The position numbers were made by a program, and so were the translations under genes. Under the pieces are notes generated by a model. It was not told where the DNA came from, searched no databases, and worked only from the letters and a program-made list of their open reading frames with translations. Below are positions 12,518-24,354 of a DNA stretch of 64,000 nucleotides, piece after piece. Numbering within the stretch: position 1 is the stretch's first letter; each line of letters opens with the position of its first letter. The DNA is from Podarcis vaucheri (taxonomy: Eukaryota): assembly GCA_965113315.1 (NCBI GenBank), contig OZ220368.1; one strand, 5' to 3'.

Positions 12518-13799
12518 TTTTCTTCCCAATCACAGCAATATGGGAGACATCAATAAATTTTTATGAGACTTTTAGAAGATCAACATGCTACTGGATGTGA
12601 CAAAAAAGCAATGTGGCTGTCATGTTCGCTTTGTCGGGGACACTTTAGCCCCAGATGTCGAGCTGTGGCAGCAGTGAGTAGAAATTGAATTTGGCTAGCT
12701 TTAATCTGCCTTTTGTTGGCAGATGGCTGGGTGTAGAAAAACGAAGTGAGGAGGGTATTTTGAAGGTGTTGGCTCCTGGGGACTGCAAAGCTTCCCATGC
12801 CACCACTGCTTCTTTGTCGCAATCACAGCCTCCTCGAAAATTGAAGACCAAAAGTCATCTCAACCTCAATTCTACCTCCCTTCTCAATAGCAACCAATGC
12901 GCTTTTTGGGGTCACTGACAAAAAGCTGGTCTTTTGTGCACACTTCAGGGAGGTAGGAGGCCAAGTTATCCAATTCCTTACCAAAGGGAAGTGTGTTGTG
13001 TGTGTTGGCATGTGTGAGATATTTACCTATTTAGAGAGCAATCCCAACCCCTAGATTCACTGGAGATGTTTTCACTGTGGGGAGCCCCCCAAACTGGGTG
13101 TTCTGGGGCTGAGTCAGAGGCGGTCAGGGGTGTGCCAGGTTCACAGCTTTTTCATTCCCCTGGGAGGCACCAGGATTGGGTCCCTCAACTATGTCTGCTG
13201 GGAAGCCAAAGCGGAAATTAAAAAAAGTAGGAGCCACCCGAACAAAAAAAGGGAAAAAACCCTGGCCAGCATAAGCCAGTGTTGGATTGCCCGTTACTTA
13301 ATGTCATTCCCCTCCAGTTAGTTTTGCTCTCTTTGTACTATTTTCTTTCTTTCTAACCAATCCTTACTAAATGATTGTCAAAAGTGGGTTTTAAGATTTG
13401 TCATCGTGGAGACACCATACTCTTCTCCTCAGGGCGGGGAACAATGGTGGCCCACCATTCCTCTCTCTATAGCCCTCAGGACTCTCCCCAGGTTATATAC
13501 ATCCTTCTGAGATACACCCCTCGCCAGCCTTGCTTTGCACCTTCCTTGAGGGCTTTTGCTTGGCTGGATGGAGGATAGAGAGAGATGCGTGAGTCTGAAG
13601 AAACTAGTCTACCATACAGAAGTTACCTTCACAGTTATTGCTCTGCCCACTTTTGCCTCTGGCCCTAACCAACAGTGACATGTGGCTCTCGGAGGACTGC
13701 CCAGAAGGGAATGTGGTTCCTATGATGTTGGCAGTTAAATATGCTTTATGGTATTTAACCAATTCTTCCTTTCCATGATGCAACGAAGAAATGAATGAT

Positions 13800-14180
13800 T
13801 CTTATTTTTATTTATTGAATTTATTAGTTGCTTCAGTGCCCAGGGCAACCCAAAGCAACTTACAAATGAATGGACAAACAAACAAACAAACAAACAGACA
13901 GACATTACACCCCACATGGATACATGAAAACCAAAAGGAAAGAGAAATACATTAAAAACATCCCACACACTTCTGAAAGACCACAGATAGTTAAAAGGCC
14001 AAAGCTTTTGCCTGGTGTCAGGTGAGTCTCTCTGTGGGGGGCACTCCACAAACGGAGCCACCGCAAAAAAAGGCCTGTTCCTGTGTTGCCACCCTCCAGG
14101 CCTCTTGTGTAGGGAGCACACAAAGAAGGGCCTCAAGATGATGAGCACAGTTAAAGAAAGTTGACAATATTTGAGGAGTA
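13800..14180 (-). mobile_element. L2-type LINE 3' fragment
   Basis: tttatttattgaatttattagttgcttc tail and ctccacaaacggagccaccgcaaaaaaaggcctg (reverse complement encodes an AF.xAP.LW-like motif of the L2 ORF2 C-terminus); includes an (AAAC)n run. Confidence 0.55.
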
Positions 14181-16486
14181 TAAGTGCTTCTGATTCTACT
14201 CTCAGTAGTAACAGCACATGCTGAAGATCATGTAACTAGCGGTAACTAGTCCAGATTAATTCATCTAGAGAATTAGAATGTGATTTTTGTGGGTCACACT
14301 TCAGTGCATTAATACAGTCTTACCAGGTCAGGCCAAGGGACCATTCCTCCTACAAGTATTGCATATCTGTTGCTTCATTATAAGAACACATAACCCAGAA
14401 CAGGCTGACGCCTCCATTTCAGCCTCTTCTTCTGGGATTAAAGAACCAAGTCAGAGATTGTGTTTTTAAACACACAGGTAAGTTATGTGCATAGGTAAAT
14501 GTATTGTGTAAAGCGGCAACACTCTCTCTTGTCCAGTCCTTCCGAGAGCAAATCATTAATCGCTAGCCTGATGGTTGGGAAAGTGAGAGGCCATAAGCAA
14601 AGAGAAACCTTCCTTCCCATAAACAGTGGTGGCAAATTAAAAATGGTAAAAGGGAAATCACGACCTTTAAAGTTCAAACACTTTCCAGCACCTTTTAAAG
14701 TTTTCTGCTCCAGGCCCTTGCAAAGAGCACAATCTTTGGAGACCTCAGAATTCTCTTTAATCACTAAGCAAGTCAGGAGTGGTCTGAAATGATCACACAT
14801 TTACATAGTAATAACCTCAACCGACACTCCCCACATTATTTCATGGCCAGCATATTGCCACACAGCGAGCGATCCATGTGGTTTAAATTATAACCCATAC
14901 ATAGGAAATTACTTGCTAACTATGATCTTCACAGGTTTGTCTGACACTTCTAATTAAGATGATTTACATAGAATTATCCTTTGAAAGCAAAAAATGGTGC
15001 TTTGCTAGCTAATAAAATATAATTACTACATACCCCCCATCCTCCCACCCTTTACAAGTTACAGTTAGTTTTAATCTGTTTGGGGAATTGTTTATCCAGT
15101 TCATTATGATAGCACAACTTACTTGCCCCTTTTAGGTAGCAGCAGATCACAAAGAGGCAGGAATTAACAGATGGGGAATAGCTATCATCCCCTAATGAGG
15201 CTAAGGGGGAGTTTGTGGGTAAGATTTTCGTTCTTGGGGCTTTGCATATTTCTAAGAAAAATTATTGTTTCCATGTTGATCCACTTTCTACACACAAATA
15301 TATGTGTTAGTATTTGGCTATGTTGCAAACACATCTGTTATGAAGCAGAAGCACATATTTACAAAGCAATCCTATTGGGGAGGGGAAGAAGAAACACCAG
15401 ATTCCCAGCCCTGCTGGGCTCACATCAGCAGAGGGTGGGGAAAGCTCCATAGACTCTAATGGGAGGGAAATCATTATTTCCTGTTCCAAGGGAATGCCCA
15501 GTAGGGAGCTTTAGATCCACTGAATCCAAAGCTTCCCCCAATGTGCCCAGGAAACCCACACACTTGTTCTTTCTGTTATTGGAGTACCAACAACACAGCT
15601 CTCTGCCACCACTATAAGGAAGCATCCTGGGGTCCCTCTCTGATGGCAGACCTCCCTCTCCACCAATGGTGGAGAAAATCTGCTGTATCCTATGACCCCC
15701 AGGATGCCATTCCAAGCCATAGGATCACACTTTTACTGAGTTTGTAACACAACTGATCCTGAACACTCAGACTGCAAAGAGTAATTTAATATTTGGCAAA
15801 GAGCAAGTCAGCTGGGAAGTTCTCCAACAGAAACCACATGGAAATGAATGGGAGTTATACAATAATTCAAAAATCTATTATCCTCTTGAATATTTAATCG
15901 GGGGGGGGGGGCTTTGCAACTTCTGCTTCTATGATCACCACTTGGTCCACATAAGTCATCATCTTACTTGCTCTCCTTCATGCAATAAATATAGTTTTTA
16001 GTACTCCAATCTAGAGTGGACCTCATTTTCTGCTGTTTAAAAAATACATTAATTTGATTGCTTTTCTACAAACTAGTTAAAAGTGTGTTCTAAATTGTCA
16101 GTGGCACAAGAGTCCCAGCTATCTAGAGATGCATGACTATGAACTCCCTTCCCAAGTCTTGCCTGACATCTGATGGCTCTACTTGTAGAGGCCCCACTTG
16201 ATCTTCCTGAAGAGCAGTTGACACTACTGGGCCAAATGGACCACTAGTCTAATTCAGTATAAAACCGGGCAGTCTGAGGCATCTGCTTTAAAGAGGTCAT
16301 GAGCTTTCCTAACTCCAGCTGACACCAAGTGAGTGAGTGAAACTCTTGACACCTCATTCAGCATCTTAATAGCAGCCCGCCTTATTGGTTTTAGAAGCGT
16401 TTAAAATTAAGCCTCTTGATAAGAATTCCTTTTTGGAATAACAACATTTTACCTTGGAATGCAGTGAGCTGGCTTCAACCATATGA

Positions 16487-16490
<4 letters not shown>

Positions 16491-16523
<33 letters not shown>

Positions 16524-16526
16524 GTG
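16491..16526. repeat. (TG)n microsatellite
   Basis: Direct observation; a second (TG)n lies at 16646-16675. Confidence 0.95.
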
Positions 16527-16643
16527 AAGGAGGGGGAGAGGCAATAAACAGAGGCAGTGAAAAAGTAAACCGGAAATTTTAAATGTCACTTTTAATCAGT
16601 GACTGTTCCATGGGAAGGCTCAACATGAAGGAAGCAGGGATTC

Positions 16644-16676
<33 letters not shown>

Positions 16677-17344
16677 CCTATATCAGCTAGTAGTCACTGG
16701 GAAAATGCTCCAACATGGGAGAAAAATATTGCTTGCCAAATGGGGATGAGTACAGTGAGCCTGCACATTGCCACTTTTAGATAAAACAAAGTGGTCTAAA
16801 AGTCTGTTTTTACTTTTCTTCACTCCAGCATCCCAGAAGCCCAAATAAAATCTGAGGATGACATGAGCATGAATGTAAAATTGTTAATCATCCTGGCTTA
16901 TAGTTTGATAATGGATGTGCTTCAAACCTAACTGAAATGAGGGACACTAGCAGAGAACGTGGATAATAAGTTTTGTTGGTTGGTTGCATTGCTTTGACAC
17001 AAACTTCCATATAAAATAAGTTCATTTATAGCCTTCATGAATGCAGGCAGTATTTAAAAATCTGACAGCAATCTGTATTAAAAAAATATAGATGCATAGG
17101 ACCATGGGAAGCTGTCATGCTGAGTCAAATCATTGGCCCATCTAGCTCAGTACTGATACAGACAATACAGACTCTATTTTGACTGGCAGCAGCTTTCTAG
17201 GATTTCTGACAGGAATATTTTCTCAGCTCTTACTGGAGATACTGGGAATTGAACCTGTAACCTACTGTACACAAGGCATGTGTTCCTCTACTGAGCAACA
17301 ACCCTTCTCTTTCCCGCCTGCTATCCTTCCCTGTTATATTTTCA

Positions 17345-17566
17345 TGGTGTACAGCGATAGGTATCCAACTAGCTCATTCCATCAGCACAAAGATTTCTGC
17401 TTGCACAATGGAACTCCCCCTCTCCCAGGCCCTCCTAAATCTGTTCTGGGTTTCTGCCCAACCACCCACAGAAGATCTGAGAAAGGAAAGGGGGGCACAC
17501 AAAAAAGGGGCAATTCTGTTGCACGAGCAGAAATCCTTGGGCTGATGAGTTATTTGGAAACAACCC
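17345..17566. mobile_element. Palindromic MITE
   Basis: Imperfect inverted arms catcagcacaaagatttctgcttgcacaa / ttgcacgagcagaaatccttgggctgatg. Confidence 0.55.
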
Positions 17567-17720
17567 AAAGCTTTAAGTAAGAGTTGCCAGGAAAGTGGTA
17601 CTAAGGCAGGTGTAGCCTCTGTGCTTTGCTGTCTGAGCTAGGATTGGAGCTTTTTCTCAATTAAATTCAGTTCCACCTGACCTCCACATTATAGAGGGAG
17701 CATCTACTCATTTTGACTTA

Positions 17721-17890
17721 GGGCTTATCCTCACTTACCATTTGCTCCGCTCTTTCCAGGAACAGGTCCACACGTTAAAGCTCTGTGTCCGAGCACACAC
17801 CCACCCACACCCTTTCATTTTTTGCTCTGGAGTTTCCCCACAAAAATCTGCTCTTTAAAACTGAATCACAGCAAACAGCTATTTGGGATT
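17721..17890. mobile_element. Truncated Harbinger-like MITE (family of 2988-3362)
   Basis: tta|gggcttatcctcactt terminus and shared internal sequence tttttgctctggag...ctctttaaa. Confidence 0.55.
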
Positions 17891-18700
17891 TCTGCCTAGA
17901 AAGTGTAGAGTAAAGGTTTCTGAGGGCTTGTTATAACAGTAAGTAAATGGATGTCCCAACCACACTTCTATCGTTGCACTAATTCTACCATTCAGAGATA
18001 ATAGCAGAATAGTCAGTCCACACATTGGAGCACAGGCAATTCTGTTACAGTGAGAAAGTCTATGGGGAGGGGTTATTGCTTTTGTTTGTTACTGTATAAT
18101 GTTATGCATTTTTGTGCTTTTATACTGTAAACCACCCTGTGATCTTCAGATGAAGGGTAGTATAGAAATTTTGATAAATAATAATAGTAATAGTAGAATT
18201 ACTATAGTAATAGTACAGTTGTGTTGGAGAGAGCAACCACCTGACCATCAAAGAACTAAGCAGAAAACAAATCTACCCTCACAAAATGGGAGGGTAGTGC
18301 TGCAGGGAATGGGGAAGACTTTAAAAAGCTTGGCACTCAATGCTAAGCAAATGCTAGCCCCAAGAGACTCATCTTGGCACTTCCCCAAATCAGCAGCAGG
18401 GTAGAAATGGTACATCTGCTGAAGCAGCCAAACTCCAATACAAGCAATTGACTTGCCCACACTAAAATCAGGCCATAGTGATCTCTTGCCCTCTTGTTAA
18501 AACCCTAACCAAGAACCTGTAAATCAGGATGATCAGTGACCATAAGCCTGCACTATATTTATCAGTGGGGGAACCCCACACAAAATAACACTTGCACAAG
18601 CTCACGATAGCCAGTAATCTCCAATTTGTACACAGCAGCTTCAGGATAAGAATCCATGAAGCAATCACTTGCACCATAAGATCAACTCAGTGATAAAGTA

Positions 18701-18910
18701 CAGTGGTACCTTGGGTTAAGAACTTAATTTGTTCTGGAGGTCCGTTCTTAACCTGAAACTGTTCCTGAGGTACCACTTTAGCTAATGGGGCTTCCTGCTG
18801 CCGCCACACGATTTCTGTTCTCATCCTGAGGTAAATTTCTTAACCCGAGGTACTATTTCTGGGTTAGCAGAGTCTGTAACCTGAAGCGCCTGTAACCCAA
18901 GGTACCACTG
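18701..18910. mobile_element. Tc1/mariner (Tigger/pogo-like) MITE, complete
   Basis: Perfect 18-bp TIR cagtggtaccttgggtta / taacccaaggtaccactg with TA target duplication at 18699-18700 and 18911-18912. Confidence 0.9.
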
Positions 18911-19624
18911 TAAAGGGAAACATGGGTGTGTGTTTTCTTTTAACCAAATGGCTATATTTTGGTTTCCGCTTTGTTTTGCCTTTCCTTATGGGTTGAAACC
19001 AACAAATTCAGCTCCTTAACTCTTCCCAGAAAAGAAAACGACAGGAGGGGGGGGGACGACATAAGGCCAGTCTGACGAAAAAAGACAAGATACAAGCCGG
19101 GGGGGGGGGAGGGAATGTGGTGACTGATCTTTGTTTCTGTAGCTGTAATGGGGGAATAATTATCCTCCAGCTGGTTGCTTTAATCCACCAAAAGGACCGG
19201 CCTACAGTTGAATTTTGCTTGCAGGGGAAAAGACTCAGAGACATTTTCCATGAGCTTAGTTGCCCAATCTATTCTGCTGCCCATGCTTCTCCCTACCCTG
19301 CCCTTCACCAGGGCACCTGGGTTCACTTTGTTAGCTTACCTGCTCATCATATGGTGCACCCTTCAACAACTAAATGTCCAAGTGGCCTCACAATCACTGA
19401 CAAATTTAAAATTACAACCTCTATTAACCTTTCTATACACATGGGGAACAGAGGCCCAGATGAGTTGCCAGATTCACTTAATGTCATACAGGGAGAATGT
19501 GGTGGAGCTTGAACTTTTGTGTTCTGAGGCCTAGTTCAAGCTCAGTCACATTCAGAATCTCAGCCACAAAGTTAGGCCAAGCTTCAATGTCCCAGTACTG
19601 AAGAGGTGCAAGAACAGAGGACAT

Positions 19625-19742
19625 GGGTAGTATTCAACTCAATTTTATTCAGAGGAGACACATTGAAATTAATGGACCAAACTTAATCATGTTCATTAAT
19701 TTAAATGGGTCTTCTGTGAATAAAACTTAGTTGAATACCACA
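19625..19742. mobile_element. Short palindromic MITE
   Basis: gtattcaact...ttttattcaga...cattgaaattaatg / cattaatttaaatg...gaataaaacttagttgaatac hairpin. Confidence 0.6.
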
Positions 19743-19830
19743 CCATGTCTCCATTTTCACTAATGTCACAATCAGGTCTCTGACCCATCTCAATAGCAAA
19801 TATGGCAGGGCACAAATTCAGTTTGCCAAG

Positions 19831-20180
19831 GTAAAGGTACAGGTAAAGGACCCCTGGATGGTTAAGTCCAGTCAAACATGACTATTAGGTGCAGCGCTCA
19901 TCTCGCTTCAGGCCAAGGGAGCCGGAGTTTGTCCGCAGACAGCTTTCTGGGTCATGTGGCCAGCATGGTGCAACGGGACACTGTGACAAATGCCAGAGCA
20001 CACAGAAACGCCGTTTACCTTCTCGTCTATTTATGTACTCACATTGGTATGCTTTCAAAACAAATAGGTTGGCAGGAGCTGCAATAGAGCATCAGGAGCT
20101 CACCCTGTCACGCTGACTTGAACTGCCGACCTTCTGATCAGCAAGCCCAAGAGGTTTAGACCACAGCATCACCTGCTCCC
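19831..20180 (-). mobile_element. Sauria SINE (older subfamily)
   Basis: Reverse complement of the (ACCTTT)n tail (ggtaaaggtacaggtaaagg), core gctcatctcgc...ggtcatgtggccagcatg, tRNA head; probable TSD ttgccaag/ttgacaag. Confidence 0.85.
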
Positions 20181-20699
20181 TTGACAAGAACAGAAGTTTG
20201 AAATCACAACACAAAACAACTTGCCACCCTTAAAAACAAACTCCTCTTGCTCCTGTGCTTATAATAGAAACCTGTGACACGGCAATTAAGGAGGTGAAGC
20301 TCCTCCAACAACTTATATCTATGCCAGAAAAAGCTTTTCCTATGCAAATTTTGTGTATCGGGATCCTGTCAAAACCACAGGATGTTGACAGAGGCATAGC
20401 TGAAGAGTTTGTAGAAAAGATGACCACACTCAACATGAAGTAAAAATTACTTGGCCTTTTCTTTTGAAAAAGAAACATTCACTTACACTCTTTTGAGCAT
20501 ACACCACTCTAAAGGTAGAATACCTGTACCCAAGAAAATGGAGAAGCATGAAAGTTGATGATATGAACATAAGTCTGGAGAGAGGCTGACATATTCCTGA
20601 ATAAAGGCACAGTAGCTAACTACAGCATAACTGTCAATTTCCCCACTGAAAGTAGGATGCCTTCAAAGGCTGAAGCAATCAATGTAAAACCTATTGACT

Positions 20700-21430
20700 G
20701 CATGTACACCTGTATGTACATTGGCTGCCAATTAGCTGCTGAGATAGGTTCAAGGTGCTGGTAAAAAGGTAAAGGGACCCCTGACCATTAGGTCCAGTCG
20801 TGACCGACTCTGGGGTTGCGGTGCTCATCTCGCTTTATTGGCCGAGGGAGCCTGTGTACAGCTTCCAGGTCATGTGGCCAGCATGACTAAGCCGCTTCTG
20901 GCAAACTAGAACAGTGCACGGAAATGCCGTTTACCTTCCCATCAGAGCGGTACCTATTTATCTACTTGCACTTTGACGTGCTTTCGAACTGCTAGGTTGG
21001 CAGGAGCAGGGAGTGAGCAACGGGAGCTCACCCCGTCACAGGGATTCGAACCGCTGCTCTTCTGATCAGCAAGTCCTAGGATCTGTGGTTTAACCCACAG
21101 TGCCACCCGCATCCCTCAAGGTGCTAGTATTGGTGTACAAATACCAAGATGCCTAAAATATTGTCTCATTCCTTACATACCCAATTACTGTTTTCTGAAG
21201 AAGAGGGAATCCTATCAGGAGGTCTGTTCTGTACAATGCCAGAATCAGGCCTTTAGTGTAGTGACACCTATCCTTTGGAACTCCCACCCACTGCATACTA
21301 GACAAGTAATAATAATTTTTAATAATATTTTTATTATTTGTACTCCACCCATTTGACTGGGTTGCCCAGCCTTCTCTTTGCCTTTTCAATGCCTGATAAA
21401 GATGTTCCTCTTTCAACAAACCTTCCAAAA
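20700..21430 (+). mobile_element. Old L2 LINE 3' fragment interrupted by the Sauria SINE
   Basis: cattggctgccaatt...ttcaaggtgct (HWLPI..FKVL), gcctttagtgtagtgacacctatcctttggaactcc (AFSVVTPILWNS), ttcctctttcaacaaacctt (FLFQQ): L2 ORF2 C-terminal motifs. Confidence 0.7.
20764..21115 (-). mobile_element. Sauria SINE (Squam1/POM-type), near full length
   Basis: Minus-strand 5' end gggatgcgggtggcactgtgggttaaaccacag, B box gttcgaatccc, ACCTTT tail; 14-bp TSD tcaaggtgct(g/a)gta at 20750-20763 and 21116-21129. Confidence 0.92.
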
Positions 21431-22759
21431 TCTTTATCCAGGTTGCGACCTGAATTGATCTTATGTATGTGAACACAGTTGTTTTAATCCCCTTTTTATA
21501 TTTATTATTGTTTTGTATAAAATTGTTTTTATGTGTGCAATTGTGTCAACTATTTTTATGTATATAACTGTTTTATATATGGGAATGATTAATAAATTAA
21601 ATGATTCCTAAACAAAATTAATAATAATAATTAATCATCTTCATCTTCATCGGCACTGAACATAAACTAGGGATGAGGCAAAGACTAAACCACATTAGGT
21701 TTAGTGATAGCATTGGTCTATGCACAGTTTGTGGACTCTGCTGGACTCCAATGATGTTGTGCCACACACAGGTTTGTGGTGCCGTATCTCCTCGCTAGTG
21801 CTGTTCTGGTAACCTTTACCTTTCAGCTAATAGCACTGGACTATGCAGAAGCTGATGAGTCTTCTATTGGTTGAAACTTGTAAAGGCCTGACTCTCCATT
21901 CCTCTTTATGTATACCCTCTTCACCTCTTCTTTCTGTTCTGCCTACAGGGTCTTTGAGTAATGGGTAATGAATGAGACTGGGAAAAGGGCCTTTAACCTG
22001 AGCAATTGGGTGATGGTCCACAAGTATCCTCTAAACTTTAAAGATGGGCATCTCCTCCACCTGCCAACTCAAATGTTACATAGCAGGGTGATGCATATTC
22101 CCTTGCCAAAACATAATGACCAGGCCCTGACAACACCTCTATTTCTCTCCATTGCCAAACTCATTTTTAGATAGCATTGCCAGGTTGTGTCCTGCAAAAT
22201 ATTCATATATTTTGAAGCCCCACCACCTCCAAGAAGTGGGAGACATTGTAGCCATAGTCTTTTTGCCCCCCCTTCTTCTACCCACCAACTGTGTGGCAAG
22301 CAGGGCTCCAAGTGCACAAAGAAAGAGAAAGAATGGATGGAATAAGCTGTGGCTGCCTCATTTGCTATTGCACTGGGAGATCCAAAGGTATATGCATATT
22401 CCCAGGGTTGCAACTGGGCAACACTACTTCAGGAGCAACAGCTCAAGACTTTCACTTTCCTAAGCCATAACTGAATGGAGGAAGCATTGATTAGGTATAT
22501 GCTGTGGAATGGGAAGGAAAAACTAGAAGGAAAAGAACCTTGTGAGGGAACTGCCCTCTCCTTCAGATCTACCAGGCATGAATTCATGCCTTTGAGAGAT
22601 CCCATTTTGCAAAGCTGAATAGGTTACTTATCTCTCTTTCTGAAGAAGCTGCTAGCAGTAAGCAAGGCGGTACCTTGGAGGTAGAGTACATTCTAGGCAA
22701 GGGGACATGCAGAAAAAAACTGCCCTCACCAAGCCCCTCTTGGTGACAAGAATAAAAAA

Positions 22760-23620
22760 TTACACTGCCTCAGAATTTATCATGCACCCAATTACAATGT
22801 TAATTGGCAAGCCCCAGAAATCAATTAATTCACAAGTTTTTTTCAATTAAAAATTAAGATAAATCATAAAAATGTTTCAAGCAAAGGCCAAACACTGCGA
22901 ACTGCTTTCCGTCTTCCTTTAGGGATATATTAGAGGTTTTTTTTGGAGGGGATTATAAACATAATAATAAAATAATAATAATAATAATGATATATATATA
23001 TTTAAAGTGCTCGTGTTTTTGAAAGCCCGGTTGCCCTTGAGTGTCTTTGGCAATGCGCAAGAGGCCTGTCATCAGCAGGACTGGGCTGAAGACAGATAAA
23101 AAAGTATCGACCGGTCGGACACACGGCTTCTGCTTTATTGATCAGGCGGGAATTTAACTTGCTGTGCATATCCACGGTGTCAGCAAGGGCCACAGGCGAA
23201 ATTAAAAGTACTTGGCTTGGAGATGTCGCCATGATACCATGGGAAGGAGGGGGAGGAGAAGAGGGAAGAAAGAAAGGATGAAATGTTAAAAAGCTGATGG
23301 GTGGGGGGAATCAAAGGGAAACTAATGAGAAAAAAGTTAGCGAATGGAGGGAGATGGGGGGCCACCGGGGTCTAATTCTCACTGAGAGTAATGCTGGCTA
23401 GTCACTGTCTCTTTAGATCTCTGCTTGGTTGTCAGGTTGCTTTTAAGGTGAGAGATTTACTAGGTATTTCAATGGAGCTTTGTGAAAGAAAAAAGGCCCT
23501 CACTCATAAATGTCTCTAATCTCCCTCGCTCGAAGCTCTGTAAGACCTGAGTGTTGTTTGCTTTGGAGGTACCAATGCGTTGCCTGGCCGGTTTATGTCA
23601 CTGGGCGTAAATCTAGGAGA
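22760..23620. promoter_or_regulatory. Candidate conserved intronic enhancer cluster
   Basis: Homeodomain TAATT runs, ctgtca, atcaaag and locally retained CpGs. Confidence 0.45.
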
Positions 23621-24231
23621 GCCAAGAGGTGAGAGCAGTGACCCTGATGCATGGCATGTGACAATGGGACTTATTTATGTTTTATGCACTCCATTTATTC
23701 TTATTGGGGGGAAAGGATTACATCTTGCACACCTCTTCGGGATTAGCTTCTCAGGAGGATTCTGAAGAGGGCTGGCACAGTCAACTGCTGGATTACCCAG
23801 GGAACTTTGTGGTACCTGCTCATACGCTCCCTGTAGGCGAGTTCCTAGTGGATCAACCCAACTCATGATTACAGGAGGGCAGAAAACATCATATTTCAAA
23901 CTGGAGTGTCTTACCTGAATTCAAGACTGAGCTCAGTGATTATACTCAGTGTGGCCACTTCCACACTATTTTGTGTCACTATTTTGCAGGTATGGTTCTA
24001 TCATATACCAGTAAATTTAGATTGCACAATTAAAGTGGATTTGGTGCTCTTAAGTTCTTGCACAATAAATTCACTTCCAAAAAACAACCACATAATTTTT
24101 TGTGGTAAGAAAAGTGATGGGAAAATACACTCAAGAGTGTCAGATAATGGCAATGTCAGGTGATGCTATATAACCTTCACTCAAATTGAATGCTCAATAG
24201 TGATGTTGTATAACGTGTGTGTGTGTGTGTA

Positions 24232-24354
24232 CAGTGCTTTTTTCCTTAAAAAAACGTTTAGGGGTACTTTCATTTTCCTACTTATATTGAAATACTGCCC
24301 CTCAATGAGGCCAAACTTAGATTCACAAAATGTTTAGGGGTATGTGTACCCCTG
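24232..24354. mobile_element. Truncated non-autonomous DNA transposon
   Basis: Starts cagtgcttttttcc after a (TG)n run; internal repeated gtttaggggta motif. Confidence 0.5.
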
